Assembly: GCA_963674825.1 (NCBI GenBank)
Contig: OY771587.1
Location: 320,001-384,000, forward strand
Length of the DNA stretch: 64,000 nucleotides
From: Candidatus Cloacimonadales bacterium
GTDB lineage: Bacteria > Cloacimonadota > Cloacimonadia > Cloacimonadales > JAIOQZ01
Direction of reading: 5' to 3'
Shown here: positions 10,485-20,235 of the stretch, in pieces
How the letters are laid out: each line of letters starts with the position of its first letter
How positions within the stretch are numbered: position 1 is the first letter of the stretch
Translations under genes and position numbers: made by a program
The notes under the pieces: generated by a model
The model's database searches: none
The model's input: only the letters and a program-made list of their open reading frames with translations
Told to the model about the DNA's origin: nothing

Positions 10485-11660
10485 CTAAAAAATTTGGTCG
10501 TATTCGTCTTTGAGAATGGTGGAAACAGGAACGATCTCGAACCCGAGTTCTTCTGCCTTCCTGATGAATCGCACCAGATGCTCAAGCTTTTTCGATGGGT
10601 AGCAATGCGTGATCGTGATAACCCGCATAACACCATCGTCTTTCATCTTTTTCAACGAGTCGAGACGCTTTTTCATCGTCGCATCGGAGATATCGGGGTC
10701 ATCCAGGAAACCAAGACTGCGTTTCGCGGTACGCACACCCTTTTGCTTTGCTACGTCGTATGCAACGGACGTACCGATAGTTCGGCTATCGATGAAGTAG
10801 AGCCCTTCCTTTTTCAGCTCGTCCATCACGATATCCATCACATTGCGATCAGCAGTTGCCAAGCTTCCCATATGGTTATTCGCGCCAACGCAATCCGGCA
10901 ATTCAGAAATGTAATCACGAACCGTCGCACGGATCTCGCGAGGACTCATATCGACGAAGATCGCGTTTTTGCCCGGGTCAGCCTTCGGGTAACCGATCGG
11001 CTCCATTGGCATATGGATGATCAATTCGTGCCCGGTTGCCTTTCCTTTCTTCATGGCGTCTTTCGCATATGGTGTACCCGGCATGATCGCAAATGTTACG
11101 CCCGGATCAGCCATATTGCAGAAGTCAGCCAGTTCTTGACCGTGGATGTTGCCAAAATCGTCCACGATAATCGCCAGCAGTGGTTTCTTCTCCGGAAATT
11201 CCTTGCTACGCGCGAAGTAGAGGTAAACGTTGATGATCTTGTTATCGATCGGGTCGCGATATCGGAGCGTATGATAACGTTCACCGGGGCCTGTCACGCC
11301 GGAGATGAACTTCGCCCCAGCCTGCTCGAGCGTACCCGAGAAGAGCATGTTCACAAACGGCAGATCGTGCCGCTCGGGATCGAGACCGATCTTGACGACG
11401 ACGCTGTCCGGTGACGGAATCGTTTTGATCAGTTTTTGCGGAATACCAAGTTTGTCGATCGCTACGTACACGGAGTCCATCACAGTGCTGACAGGTTTGA
11501 CCTCCGGCGCAGGTTTTTCGAAATGTTTGAGCGCCCACCACGCCAATCCGGCGATGATGACCACCGCAACGATGAAAAACAGGCATCCACGTGAGGTGCC
11601 ACTTCGTTTCTTCGAACCCTTCCGCTTCTTTATCTTCGATTTCTTTTTTGCTGTTGCCAT
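10485..11660 (-). CDS. Divergent polysaccharide deacetylase family (YibQ-like), membrane-anchored
   Basis: AIIVDDFG, HMPMEP, GANNHMGS, FIDSRT; basic N-terminus then one TM helix. Confidence 0.87.
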   Translation of the reverse strand: MATAKKKSKIKKRKGSKKRSGTSRGCLFFIVAVVIIAGLAWWALKHFEKPAPEVKPVSTVMDSVYVAIDKLGIPQKLIKTIPSPDSVVVKIGLDPERHDLPFVNMLFSGTLEQAGAKFISGVTGPGERYHTLRYRDPIDNKIINVYLYFARSKEFPEKKPLLAIIVDDFGNIHGQELADFCNMADPGVTFAIMPGTPYAKDAMKKGKATGHELIIHMPMEPIGYPKADPGKNAIFVDMSPREIRATVRDYISELPDCVGANNHMGSLATADRNVMDIVMDELKKEGLYFIDSRTIGTSVAYDVAKQKGVRTAKRSLGFLDDPDISDATMKKRLDSLKKMKDDGVMRVITITHCYPSKKLEHLVRFIRKAEELGFEIVPVSTILKDEYDQIF

Positions 11661-11908
11661 ATTCTTACCCGAGTTCATAGGAAGCATCGGCGTTCAGGCG
11701 TCAAGGAAATTCGCGGAGTTTAGCATGGCGAATCATCACTGTGGTGGCTTGCTTAACATGCTGCTCGGAGATTAGCCATACGATTCAATGTCATGTTGCC
11801 GAAATCACACCAAATCGCATATCGAGAAAACGGATTTAGATGACACAAAAAAAAATTGACAATCCTTCGATATTGTAACCTGATTGGGAAGATAGAAGGA
11901 GGCTTATC

Positions 11909-12871
11909 ATGCGGAACTTTATAACTTTGCTACTGCTGTTCATTCTCTCTCTGCTGTTCGCGATTCAACCACTTCGTAATGGTTTATCCGATGAGGTCTC
12001 TACCGAAACTATCCGCTCCGGCAGAACAACGATCAACCCGCTTCATGTTGGTAATAAATGGTGGTTCTATAACCAAACGCTGTGGGATCCGAACCCGGAA
12101 CCCTGGATTACACTATCCCGAGAGGTGGTTGCCGATACAGTCGTGAACGGCGAGACCTATTATCTGGTGGAAGGAATCGGCGGTGGCTCAACATATTGTC
12201 CGATATGGCAGATCAATCGCGGCGATTCGATCTTCATCCTCGATACCGAAGATTACGATAACAACCCGGAAACCAGTGAATTACTCTACTTTGACTGGAG
12301 CCTGGATGAGGATAACGACGTCTGCATGGTCTTCCCGCTATTTTACGGATCGCCGTATCCTGTTATACAGCGTTTCGATGGCTCGTACGAAAGGAGTCTG
12401 TTCGGTGGCGAACCGAGCTTGTGCAAGCATTTTGCCTTTGATGATACGCAGGTTTTCCAGTCCTGGACAACGGATTTTGGACCGATCGAGGAAGAGATTG
12501 AGGATGGATGGGCTCAGCTCGTCGCCTGTGAAATTGATGGCGTGTTCTATGGCGACTCAACTGTGCTTGTGATCGACGAACCCGTCATGCAGTCACCGGA
12601 CATCAATCTGTCCTGCTATCCCAACCCGTTCAACCCCGAAACGAACATTGCATTCGATATCCCGCAGGGCTCCGAGGTCGAAATCACGATATACAATCTC
12701 AAGGGACAGAAGGTTCGTACCCTGCAAAAAGGATGGCTGGATGCCGGTTCGCATTCCATCGTATGGAATGGCCGCGACAACACCAACTCATCTTGCAGTA
12801 GCGGTATCTATCTTATACGTATGCAGCATGGCAAAGAAATAGCGACTTCCAAAGCTCTGCTGCTGAAGTAG
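11909..12871 (+). CDS. Secreted protein with FlgD-Ig/T9SS-like C-terminal domain
   Basis: Signal peptide; YPNPFNPET...IYNLKGQKV...WNG...SGIY...KALLLK; AGGAGG RBS. Confidence 0.85.
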   Translation: MRNFITLLLLFILSLLFAIQPLRNGLSDEVSTETIRSGRTTINPLHVGNKWWFYNQTLWDPNPEPWITLSREVVADTVVNGETYYLVEGIGGGSTYCPIWQINRGDSIFILDTEDYDNNPETSELLYFDWSLDEDNDVCMVFPLFYGSPYPVIQRFDGSYERSLFGGEPSLCKHFAFDDTQVFQSWTTDFGPIEEEIEDGWAQLVACEIDGVFYGDSTVLVIDEPVMQSPDINLSCYPNPFNPETNIAFDIPQGSEVEITIYNLKGQKVRTLQKGWLDAGSHSIVWNGRDNTNSSCSSGIYLIRMQHGKEIATSKALLLK

Positions 12872-12896
12872 CACGACAAGGTAACCGATGAAATCA

Positions 12897-13110
12897 ATGC
12901 GGACGATCATGGGGATTCGAATTTGCAAACAAATTCATAGACGTCCGCGTTCCACAAGAGATGGGCAGACACCGTGATCTGCCCCTACAGCCCCTGGGTA
13001 CGCAGACCTCCTGGTCTGCATCTCTACCCCATCAACCATCCACTTCCCATGAAATCAACATTATTCGGAAGATCCTCACGCTGTCCGGCACATTCAGAAG
13101 ATGATTTCAC
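12897..13110. repeat. Composite REP-like element: interrupted B hairpin, A hairpin 12963-12988, B hairpin 12994-13021, ~90 bp core
   Basis: Reverse-complement similarity to 47043-47243, including CATCCACTTCCCATGAAATCAACATT and CACATTCAGAAGATGATTTCA. Confidence 0.85.
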
Positions 13111-13424
13111 AGGAGACAGCAGACGCAGTGATCAACGCGTGCGAAGCATTGTTACGCGGATAATGAGAGGATATTATTCAGCTCAAGCATGCGACAGAGA
13201 GTAACCTTATAAACGTTTCCGGGCAATGAATTCCGTATCATCAAAGAAACATTCCGAAAAAACAAGAATCCTTTGACAAATCGTAGGGTGTCCTATAACT
13301 GGCACTTTATAATGATTTACGTGCAAAATCAGCGCAAAATCAGCCATAATTTATTTTGTTACAATGTATTACCGGGACTTCCCCGGAATTCTGCTTTTCA
13401 GGAAAATGTTCTGCAGGAGTTAAT

Positions 13425-14750
13425 ATGGGATTGAAAACGTTTCCCGGCGGAGTACATCCGCACGACAGCAAGGAATTTTCAAAAAACGCATCCATTGAGG
13501 AGCTTCCGATCCCGAAGAAAGTGATTATCCCGCTTTCTCAGCACATCGGAGCGCCGGCAAAGCCGATCGTGAAGGTTGGTGATGAAGTCATCACCGGTCA
13601 GCAGATCGCCGAGCCGGGAGGATTCGTCTCGATTCCCATGCATGCCTCGATCACCGGTAAGGTGACAAAGATCGATAAGTTCCCGCATCCCACCGGAACC
13701 ATGCAGATGGCAATCGAAATCACGGGCGCAGGAGAAGAGAAGTGGGTTGACCTGATCGACGATCCGAGCTACGCGTCGCTGCCACCGGCAGAGATCAAGG
13801 AGCGCGTTGCCGCCGCTGGTATCTGCGGTATGGGCGGCGCAGGCTTCCCGACTCACGTCAAGCTCTCCCCACCCAAGGAAAACCCCATCGACACCGTCCT
13901 GATCAACGGCGTCGAGTGCGAACCCTACCTCACAGCCGACTACCGGCTCATGCTCGAACGTCCCCAGGATATCGTGGAGGGCCTCAAGCTCTTCATGAAG
14001 GTCGTGGACGCAAAACAGGGCATCATCGGAATCGAAGCCAACAAACCCGACGCCATCAAGATCATGCGTGATGCGGTCAAGGGTGAATCCAACATTCGTG
14101 TGGAAGGCCTCAAGATCAAGTATCCGCAGGGCGCGGAAAAACAGCTCATCTACGCGGCGACCCGTCGCAAGGTTCCAAACAAGGGCGGCCTCCCCATGGC
14201 AGTGGGCGTGGTGGTCCAGAACGTCGGAACCGCGATCGCGACCTACGAAGCGGTCCGCTACAAAAAGCCGCTGATCGAGCGAGTTATCACCGTCTCAGGA
14301 AAAATCGTCAACAAGCCGAAGAACATCAAAGCGCGTATCGGTACGCAGTTCCAGGAGCTCCTGGACTACGCCGGTGGCGTCAAGGATGAAATCGGCAAGA
14401 TTATATCGGGCGGCCCGATGATGGGAATCGCGATTCCCACCCTGGAAGCCCCGATGGGCAAGGGAAGCTCCGGTCTGCTTCTGTTCGACAAGAAGGAAGC
14501 GAAAAAGGACGCGGAACACACCTGCCTGCGTTGCGGACGCTGCGTGGACATCTGCCCGTTAAACCTGATCCCGAGCATGATCGCCCGAAGTGTGAAGTAT
14601 TCAGACTGGGAAACCGCCGAGAAGGCCGGTGTGATGGATTGTATGAAATGCGGAAGCTGCGCGTTTGTCTGTCCGTCGCACATCAAGCTGATCCAGTGGA
14701 TCGACATCGGCAAGGCGAAAATCTTCGAACTTAGAAAAGCGAAAAAGTAG
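13425..14750 (+). CDS. rnfC: Rnf complex subunit C
   Basis: PLSQHIGAP, GMGGAGFPTHVK, NGVECEPYLTAD, two CxxCxxCxxxCP; AGGAG RBS. Confidence 0.96.
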   Translation: MGLKTFPGGVHPHDSKEFSKNASIEELPIPKKVIIPLSQHIGAPAKPIVKVGDEVITGQQIAEPGGFVSIPMHASITGKVTKIDKFPHPTGTMQMAIEITGAGEEKWVDLIDDPSYASLPPAEIKERVAAAGICGMGGAGFPTHVKLSPPKENPIDTVLINGVECEPYLTADYRLMLERPQDIVEGLKLFMKVVDAKQGIIGIEANKPDAIKIMRDAVKGESNIRVEGLKIKYPQGAEKQLIYAATRRKVPNKGGLPMAVGVVVQNVGTAIATYEAVRYKKPLIERVITVSGKIVNKPKNIKARIGTQFQELLDYAGGVKDEIGKIISGGPMMGIAIPTLEAPMGKGSSGLLLFDKKEAKKDAEHTCLRCGRCVDICPLNLIPSMIARSVKYSDWETAEKAGVMDCMKCGSCAFVCPSHIKLIQWIDIGKAKIFELRKAKK

Positions 14751-14766
14751 AGACGCTGGAGGAACT

Positions 14767-15846
14767 ATGAATAACACATACGCAGTATCGGCGTCCCCTC
14801 ATCTTCACGATCGGATCTCGGTCAGTTCGGTGATGTGGAAAGTGGTCATCGCGCTGGTGCCGGCTCTGATCGCCAGTGTGTATTTCTTTGGAGTCAAAGC
14901 GCTCCTGCTCACCGCGTACGGCGTTATCGCCGCTGTGGTGACGGAAGCGTTGATCCAGAAACTGCGCAAGAAAGAAGTGACCATTGCCGACGGCAGCGCA
15001 GTCGTAACAGGCATTCTGGTTTCGTTCAACCTGAACGTGGCATCCCCGTGGTGGCTGCCGGTGGTCGGATCGGTATTCGCGATCGCGATCGGCAAGCAGC
15101 TCTTCGGCGGTCTGGGACACAACCCCTTTAACCCCGCGCTTTTGGCGAGGGCGTTCCTGGTTGCATCCTGGCCCACACTCACAACCGCACAGTTCACCCG
15201 GCCCATCCGCGGTCTGATCGAACCCAGCATCAGCGGTCTTGGCGCTGAAAGCATCAAGAACCTCAACGCGCTGGGCGACCTCTCCGCCGTAACGGGCGCA
15301 ACACCGCTCGCCGTGATTAAGACCATCCGCGACGCATCGCAGGTCAGCCCCGACGTGGCCGAGAAAGTGATGTTCGAACTCACCCGTTGGGAGACTATCT
15401 CCAACCTCTTCTGGGGTAACATCGGCGGCGTGATTGGCGAGGTATCGGCAGCAGCGCTCCTCATCGGTGCGGCCTATCTGGTTTATAAACATATTATCGA
15501 GTGGCGCATCCCGGTCTCCTATATCGGAACCGTGTTCGTTCTGAGCTACCTTTTCGGTGGCCTGAACGGATTCGCCAGCGGCCCCTATACGCTGGGCGTA
15601 TTCCACGTCCTTTCCGGCGGTTTGATGCTGGGCGCGTTCTTCATGGCAACCGACATGGTAACCTCACCGGTCACCAAGCGCGGCAGGCTGATCTTCGGTA
15701 TCGGTTGCGGCGTCCTGACGGTGGTGATCAGGCTTGTCGGTGGCTATCCCGAAGGCGTTTCCTACTCCATCCTGCTGATGAACATCGCGGTGCCGCTCAT
15801 TGATCGCTACACCGTTCCCAAAGCTTTCGGGGAGGTGAAAAAATGA
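14767..15846 (+). CDS. rnfD: Rnf complex subunit D
   Basis: SPH, FGGLGHNPFNPA, FMN site TGATPL, FMATD, YPEG. Confidence 0.96.
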   Translation: MNNTYAVSASPHLHDRISVSSVMWKVVIALVPALIASVYFFGVKALLLTAYGVIAAVVTEALIQKLRKKEVTIADGSAVVTGILVSFNLNVASPWWLPVVGSVFAIAIGKQLFGGLGHNPFNPALLARAFLVASWPTLTTAQFTRPIRGLIEPSISGLGAESIKNLNALGDLSAVTGATPLAVIKTIRDASQVSPDVAEKVMFELTRWETISNLFWGNIGGVIGEVSAAALLIGAAYLVYKHIIEWRIPVSYIGTVFVLSYLFGGLNGFASGPYTLGVFHVLSGGLMLGAFFMATDMVTSPVTKRGRLIFGIGCGVLTVVIRLVGGYPEGVSYSILLMNIAVPLIDRYTVPKAFGEVKK

Positions 15847-16454
15847 TGTACTACATTAAGCTCGGTTTCGTTCTCCTGCTTATCTCCGGTATCGCCGCAG
15901 GCATACTGGCTTTTATCAACGGCAAGACCGAACCGATTATCCAAATGAACGCTGAGCTCGAAGAGAGCAACGCCCGGGCGGAAGTTCTTCCCGACGTTAA
16001 AGATTTCGTGCTCGATTCACTCGCTGTGGAAGTCGCGGCGGAAGAAGATCCGCTTAAGATGAGTTCCGGCGGCGGTGGCGGTCAGTTCTATTATTATATC
16101 GGAAAAGACGAAGCCGGCAACACGATCGGTTACGTCTTCAAAGCTTACGGCAAAGGCTATAGCAGCACCGTGCAAACCATGGTCGGCGTTAAGGTCAACG
16201 AAGCCGGTGAATTCGTGGTCAACAAGATCAAGATCACCTATCAGTCGGAAACACCTGGTCTCGGTGCGAACTGTACGAGCGACAACTTCATGGGCCAGTT
16301 TGCCGGCCAGACACCCGCGACCCTCGCGGTCGATAAAGACGGCGGAAAGATCACCAGTATTACGGGCGCGACCATTACTTCGCGTGCGGTTACCAATTCC
16401 ATCCGTCAGGGTATCGAGAATCTGAAAACTGCAACTGAGGGGGCACAATCATGA
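15843..16454 (+). CDS. rnfG: Rnf complex subunit G
   Basis: N-terminal TM, ETPGLG, FMN site ITGATITS. Confidence 0.93.
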   Translation: MMYYIKLGFVLLLISGIAAGILAFINGKTEPIIQMNAELEESNARAEVLPDVKDFVLDSLAVEVAAEEDPLKMSSGGGGGQFYYYIGKDEAGNTIGYVFKAYGKGYSSTVQTMVGVKVNEAGEFVVNKIKITYQSETPGLGANCTSDNFMGQFAGQTPATLAVDKDGGKITSITGATITSRAVTNSIRQGIENLKTATEGAQS

Positions 16455-17047
16455 GTACGGTCAAAGAGCTTACCAAAGGCTTTGTAAAAGAAAACCCCGT
16501 CTTCGTGATGGCGCTGGGTATGTGCCCGACCCTCGCGGTTACCACATCGGTGGAAAACGCGATCGGTATGGGGCTGGCAGCCACCTTCGTGCTGATTTGC
16601 TCCAACATCATCATATCGCTCATCAAGAACCTGATCCCGAGTAAGATCCGCATCCCCTGCTACATCGTGGTGATCGCGTCCTTCGTGACCATCGTCGATA
16701 TGGCGATGCACGCATACGTACCCGCGCTCCACAAGAGCTTGGGGCTTTTCATCCCGCTCATCGTGGTGAACTGTATCATTCTTGGCCGTGCGGAAGCCTT
16801 CGCAAGCAAGAATAACGTATTTAAATCGATGCTCGACGGTATCGGAATGGGCCTTGGCTTCACGCTGGCGCTGGTCGTACTGGGCAGCATTCGCGAAGTA
16901 TTGGGCGCAGGTCAGTTCCTGGGCATGAACGTTCTTCCAGAAGCCTATCGCAACCTTCCGATGCTGGCTGCGATTCTGGCACCGGGCGCCTTCCTGACGC
17001 TCGGCCTGCTGATGGGGCTGATGGAAATCTTCAAGAAGAAGCAATGA
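16451..17047 (+). CDS. rnfE: Rnf complex subunit E
   Basis: LGMCPTLAVT, IPLIVVNCIILGRAEAFA. Confidence 0.96.
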   Translation: MSTVKELTKGFVKENPVFVMALGMCPTLAVTTSVENAIGMGLAATFVLICSNIIISLIKNLIPSKIRIPCYIVVIASFVTIVDMAMHAYVPALHKSLGLFIPLIVVNCIILGRAEAFASKNNVFKSMLDGIGMGLGFTLALVVLGSIREVLGAGQFLGMNVLPEAYRNLPMLAAILAPGAFLTLGLLMGLMEIFKKKQ

Positions 17048-17076
17048 GCGAACTTCGGATAAACAAGGAGTAACGC

Positions 17077-17664
17077 ATGCAATTTATTGGAAGTATGTTT
17101 ACATTGGCGATCATGTCGATTTTCGTCAGCAACTTCGTGCTGTCCCGCTTCCTGGGACTCTGCCCCTACATCGGCGTTTCCAAGAAACTCGATTCGGCAG
17201 TCGGCATGGGTATGGCTGTGATCTTCGTCATGACACTCGCATCAACGATAACCTGGCTGATTCAATATTACCTGCTGGTTCCGAACAACCTCGGCTACCT
17301 GCAAACCATCGCATTCATCCTCACCATCGCAGCGCTGGTTCAGTTTGTGGAGATGGTGATCCAGAAGATGGCTCCGGCGCTTTACAAATCGCTGGGTGTC
17401 TTCCTTCCGCTGATCACCACCAACTGTGCCGTGCTGGGTGTGTCCATCCTCAACATCACCGAAGAATACACTTTCATCGGATCCGTCATGAACGGATTCT
17501 TCTCGGGTGTTGGCTTCACGCTGGTCCTCGTCCTTATGGCTGGTATCCGCGAACGTCTCGAGCAGGCGGAAGTCCCCGTAACGATGAAGGGAATGCCGAT
17601 CGCGCTGATCGTCGCTGGATGTATGGCGCTGGCTTTCGGCGGATTCGCCGGCTTCAAAATCTGA
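17077..17664 (+). CDS. rnfA: Rnf complex subunit A
   Basis: [24 protein letters not shown]. Confidence 0.96.
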   Translation: MQFIGSMFTLAIMSIFVSNFVLSRFLGLCPYIGVSKKLDSAVGMGMAVIFVMTLASTITWLIQYYLLVPNNLGYLQTIAFILTIAALVQFVEMVIQKMAPALYKSLGVFLPLITTNCAVLGVSILNITEEYTFIGSVMNGFFSGVGFTLVLVLMAGIRERLEQAEVPVTMKGMPIALIVAGCMALAFGGFAGFKI

Positions 17665-17680
17665 GGGATGAGGTGAGATT

Positions 17681-18568
17681 ATGATAGTTATAGCAATCGC
17701 GATCATCGGCGGACTGGGCTTGATCTTCGGCCTGGTGCTGGCATTTGCATCCCGTGTATTTCACGTTGAAGTCGATCCCAAGATCGAGCAGATCGGCGAA
17801 GTTCTTCCCGGCGCAAACTGCGGCGCTTGCGGCCTTCCCGGTTGCGGCGGTTACGCAGAAGCGATCGTCAGTGAAGGTGTCGCCATCAACCGTTGCGCTC
17901 CCGGCGGAGCAGATGTGGTTGAGAAAATCGCGCAGATCATGGGCATGACAGCAGACGCTGCCGATCCCAAGATCGCGGTGATCCACTGCCAGAGCGGCGG
18001 TAAGAACAACACCTTCTTCCGCTACGAATACGAAGGTATCAAAACCTGTAAGGCTGCGGTCACCCTCTCAAACGGTCCCAACCTCTGCGACTTTGGTTGC
18101 GTGTTCCAAAACGACTGTATCGAAGCCTGTCTGTTCGACGCCATATCCCTGGATGAGAACGGCATGCGTGTCATCGACAAAGAGAAGTGTACCGGCTGTG
18201 GCGCTTGCGTCAAGGCTTGTCCACGTAACCTGATCGAACTTGTGGACAAAAAGAAGCGCGTTCACGTGCTCTGCATGTCCCACGACAAAGGCGCAATCGC
18301 CAAGAAGAAATGCGGCAACAGCACCGCCTGTATCGCATGTACTCTCTGCGTGAAGAAATGCCCGAAAGACGCGATCAGCATCGTCGATAACGTCGCTGTA
18401 ATCGACTACGACAAGTGTATCAATTGCGGCATGTGCGCCGATGTCTGCCCGACAGGCGCGATCTTCGATCCGCTCAAGGAAATCCGCGCCGAGAAAAAGG
18501 CCGCTGCCCTGGCGAAAGCCGAAGCAGCCAAGAAAGCGCTGGAAGAAAAGCAGAAACAAGAAGCTTAA
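17681..18568 (+). CDS. rnfB: Rnf complex subunit B (polyferredoxin type)
   Basis: [12 protein letters not shown] plus several CxxCxxCxxxCP clusters. Confidence 0.95.
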   Translation: MIVIAIAIIGGLGLIFGLVLAFASRVFHVEVDPKIEQIGEVLPGANCGACGLPGCGGYAEAIVSEGVAINRCAPGGADVVEKIAQIMGMTADAADPKIAVIHCQSGGKNNTFFRYEYEGIKTCKAAVTLSNGPNLCDFGCVFQNDCIEACLFDAISLDENGMRVIDKEKCTGCGACVKACPRNLIELVDKKKRVHVLCMSHDKGAIAKKKCGNSTACIACTLCVKKCPKDAISIVDNVAVIDYDKCINCGMCADVCPTGAIFDPLKEIRAEKKAAALAKAEAAKKALEEKQKQEA

Positions 18569-18583
18569 GGATATACATCCCAC

Positions 18584-18617
18584 AAAGCCCCCTCTTCAAA
18601 CGAAGCGGGGGCTTTTT
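18584..18617 (+). terminator. Intrinsic terminator of the rnf operon
   Basis: AAAGCCCCC...GGGGGCTTTTT. Confidence 0.85.
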
Positions 18618-18625
18618 CTATCCCC

Positions 18626-18653
18626 CTGGGTACGCGGACGTCCTCGTCCGCAT
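18626..18653 (+). repeat. REP-like hairpin type B (left arm of inverted pair)
   Basis: CTGGGTAC-GCGGACG-TCCT-CGTCCGC-AT. Confidence 0.85.
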
Positions 18654-18701
18654 TTTCAATGCCTCGCTATGTTTGTTTCAATTTATTGATTTATATTTTG
18701 A

Positions 18702-18731
18702 TTGACAATCATATTAATTATTTCGTATATA
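18702..18731 (+). promoter_or_regulatory. Putative sigma70 promoter of the GIY-YIG gene
   Basis: TTGACA-N18-TATATA in an AT-rich tract, upstream of an AAGGAG RBS. Confidence 0.5.
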
Positions 18732-18758
18732 TATCCATTAAAACAAAAGGAGCACATC

Positions 18759-19388
18759 ATGATTACACATTATGGGCTATTCTGGTCAGAGAAAGATGTT
18801 TTCTGGGGACGGCAGAGAAATTCAGGTGAAATGTTAGGAAAAACCAGCGCAGTACTCGATACACCTGGCGCTCCAAGAATTAATGAGCAGAATACTCCTG
18901 AAAATTTTGGAGATTATATCGGGGTCTATTGTCTATTCCGGGATGGAGAACTGATTTATGCAGGACAAGCTGGTGTTAAAGAGTGGAACGGAAAGAAAAC
19001 AAAGCAAACAATATTTAAGAGACTGAGATCACATAAAACAGGACCGTTAGCGAATAGCTGGGACTCATTCTCATGGTTTGGGCGTAAGTCCAATGAGGAT
19101 GAAATTGACAATGTAGATGCACATCTAGCCCTTACTCAACTTGAAGCAATTATTATTGCTATAGTGAATCCTGGTTCTAACAAACAATCTGGTGCATTCA
19201 AAGATGCGACTCAAGTTTATCAAGTCCGCCATCCAAAGCTAGAAGACGATGTATTTACTAAAGTAAAGAGCATCGAGAGAGATATAAAGACTATAATCGA
19301 TACCCTCAGCAAACTCAACATCTCTCAGCAAATCACCCTCCCTAACACCGCAGAAACAAAGAAGAGCAAAAGTAATAGCAATAAGTGA
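18759..19388 (+). CDS. GIY-YIG nuclease family protein
   Basis: GVYCL..IYAGQAG, KRLRSH, LEAIII..NPGSN match the GIY/YIG, Arg/His, Glu and Asn positions; AT-richer than neighbours. Confidence 0.75.
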   Translation: MITHYGLFWSEKDVFWGRQRNSGEMLGKTSAVLDTPGAPRINEQNTPENFGDYIGVYCLFRDGELIYAGQAGVKEWNGKKTKQTIFKRLRSHKTGPLANSWDSFSWFGRKSNEDEIDNVDAHLALTQLEAIIIAIVNPGSNKQSGAFKDATQVYQVRHPKLEDDVFTKVKSIERDIKTIIDTLSKLNISQQITLPNTAETKKSKSNSNK

Positions 19389-19418
19389 TTATCAAACAAA
19401 GGCTTGGCGATCCAGGAG

Positions 19419-19447
19419 ATGCAGACTTGGACGTCCGCGTACCCAAG
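19419..19447 (-). repeat. REP-like hairpin type B (right arm of inverted pair)
   Basis: Reverse complement CTTGGGTACGCGGACGTCCAAGTCTGCAT matches 18625-18653 with 4 differences. Confidence 0.85.
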
Positions 19448-19454
19448 AAGAAAG

Positions 19455-20186
19455 TCAATACCCGATATTGAACGCGAAGCCCAGGTGCCGGGCATCGTAG
19501 TATGGCACAACCATGCAGTACGAGCTGAGTTTCATCTCATCGTGTATCAGATAGGCAAGCTTGGTGCAGATCATCCCGATACCGGCCCCCGCAGAGACAT
19601 CCGAAAGCCAATGGCGGTTGTTGTACATCCTGAAAATACCGGTTCCTGCCGCGACCGCATACGCCGTGACGCCATACCATATCGAGACATCCTTGTACTC
19701 TTGGTAAACAAACTCCGCGCCCATGAACGCCGTGGCTGTGTGACCCGATGGAAACGAGTCTCTCGATGAGCCGTCCGGCCTTTTCACTCGCGTCGTCCTT
19801 TTCAGACTTAGCACCGTTACGCCCATCATGGCGTAGGCAGTTCCGAGAACGCAGGTGCGATCCTTGAAGCGATTCTTACCCTCAATGCCCATCGCGTTCA
19901 GAGCATAGACCGACAGAAATGGTACGTACTGTGAGATATCGTCAATGGTGAACTTATCGTCGATATTCTCATTGACTTCTTCTCTGATCTCTTTGTTGTA
20001 AAACTTAAGTTGCTCGCTCTCGAGCCCGATTACACCATAGCCAATCAGAGCTATCGGTATGATATATGACGCTTCATCGCTACGCAAAAACTTGCTGAAT
20101 GCGGTTGTGTCACATGCTGCCTCCTGACAATTAAGTAAGGAAGATGTAATCAGGAGCAAAGAGATGAGCAAAGCTGATAATTTCAT
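19455..20186 (-). CDS. PAP2 family phosphatase
   Basis: KxxxxxxRP, SFPSGH, R-MYNNRHWLSDV; signal peptide. Confidence 0.9.
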   Translation of the reverse strand: MKLSALLISLLLITSSLLNCQEAACDTTAFSKFLRSDEASYIIPIALIGYGVIGLESEQLKFYNKEIREEVNENIDDKFTIDDISQYVPFLSVYALNAMGIEGKNRFKDRTCVLGTAYAMMGVTVLSLKRTTRVKRPDGSSRDSFPSGHTATAFMGAEFVYQEYKDVSIWYGVTAYAVAAGTGIFRMYNNRHWLSDVSAGAGIGMICTKLAYLIHDEMKLSSYCMVVPYYDARHLGFAFNIGY

Positions 20187-20235
20187 ATCGCCAAATCCCC
20201 AGTTGGTAACGATTTCAGAATTCTATTCTTATGGA

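Noticed and set aside
10362..11414. 350-aa plus-strand ORF and similar long antisense ORFs (e.g. 14731-15606, 53912-54715)
   Set aside because: These are shadows of well-supported genes on the opposite strand and have no motifs.
13273..13380. rnf promoter, sigma54 site or Rex operator
   Set aside because: The TTGACA-TATAAC spacing is only 15 bp, TGGCAC has no matching -12 GC, and the Rex match is weak.
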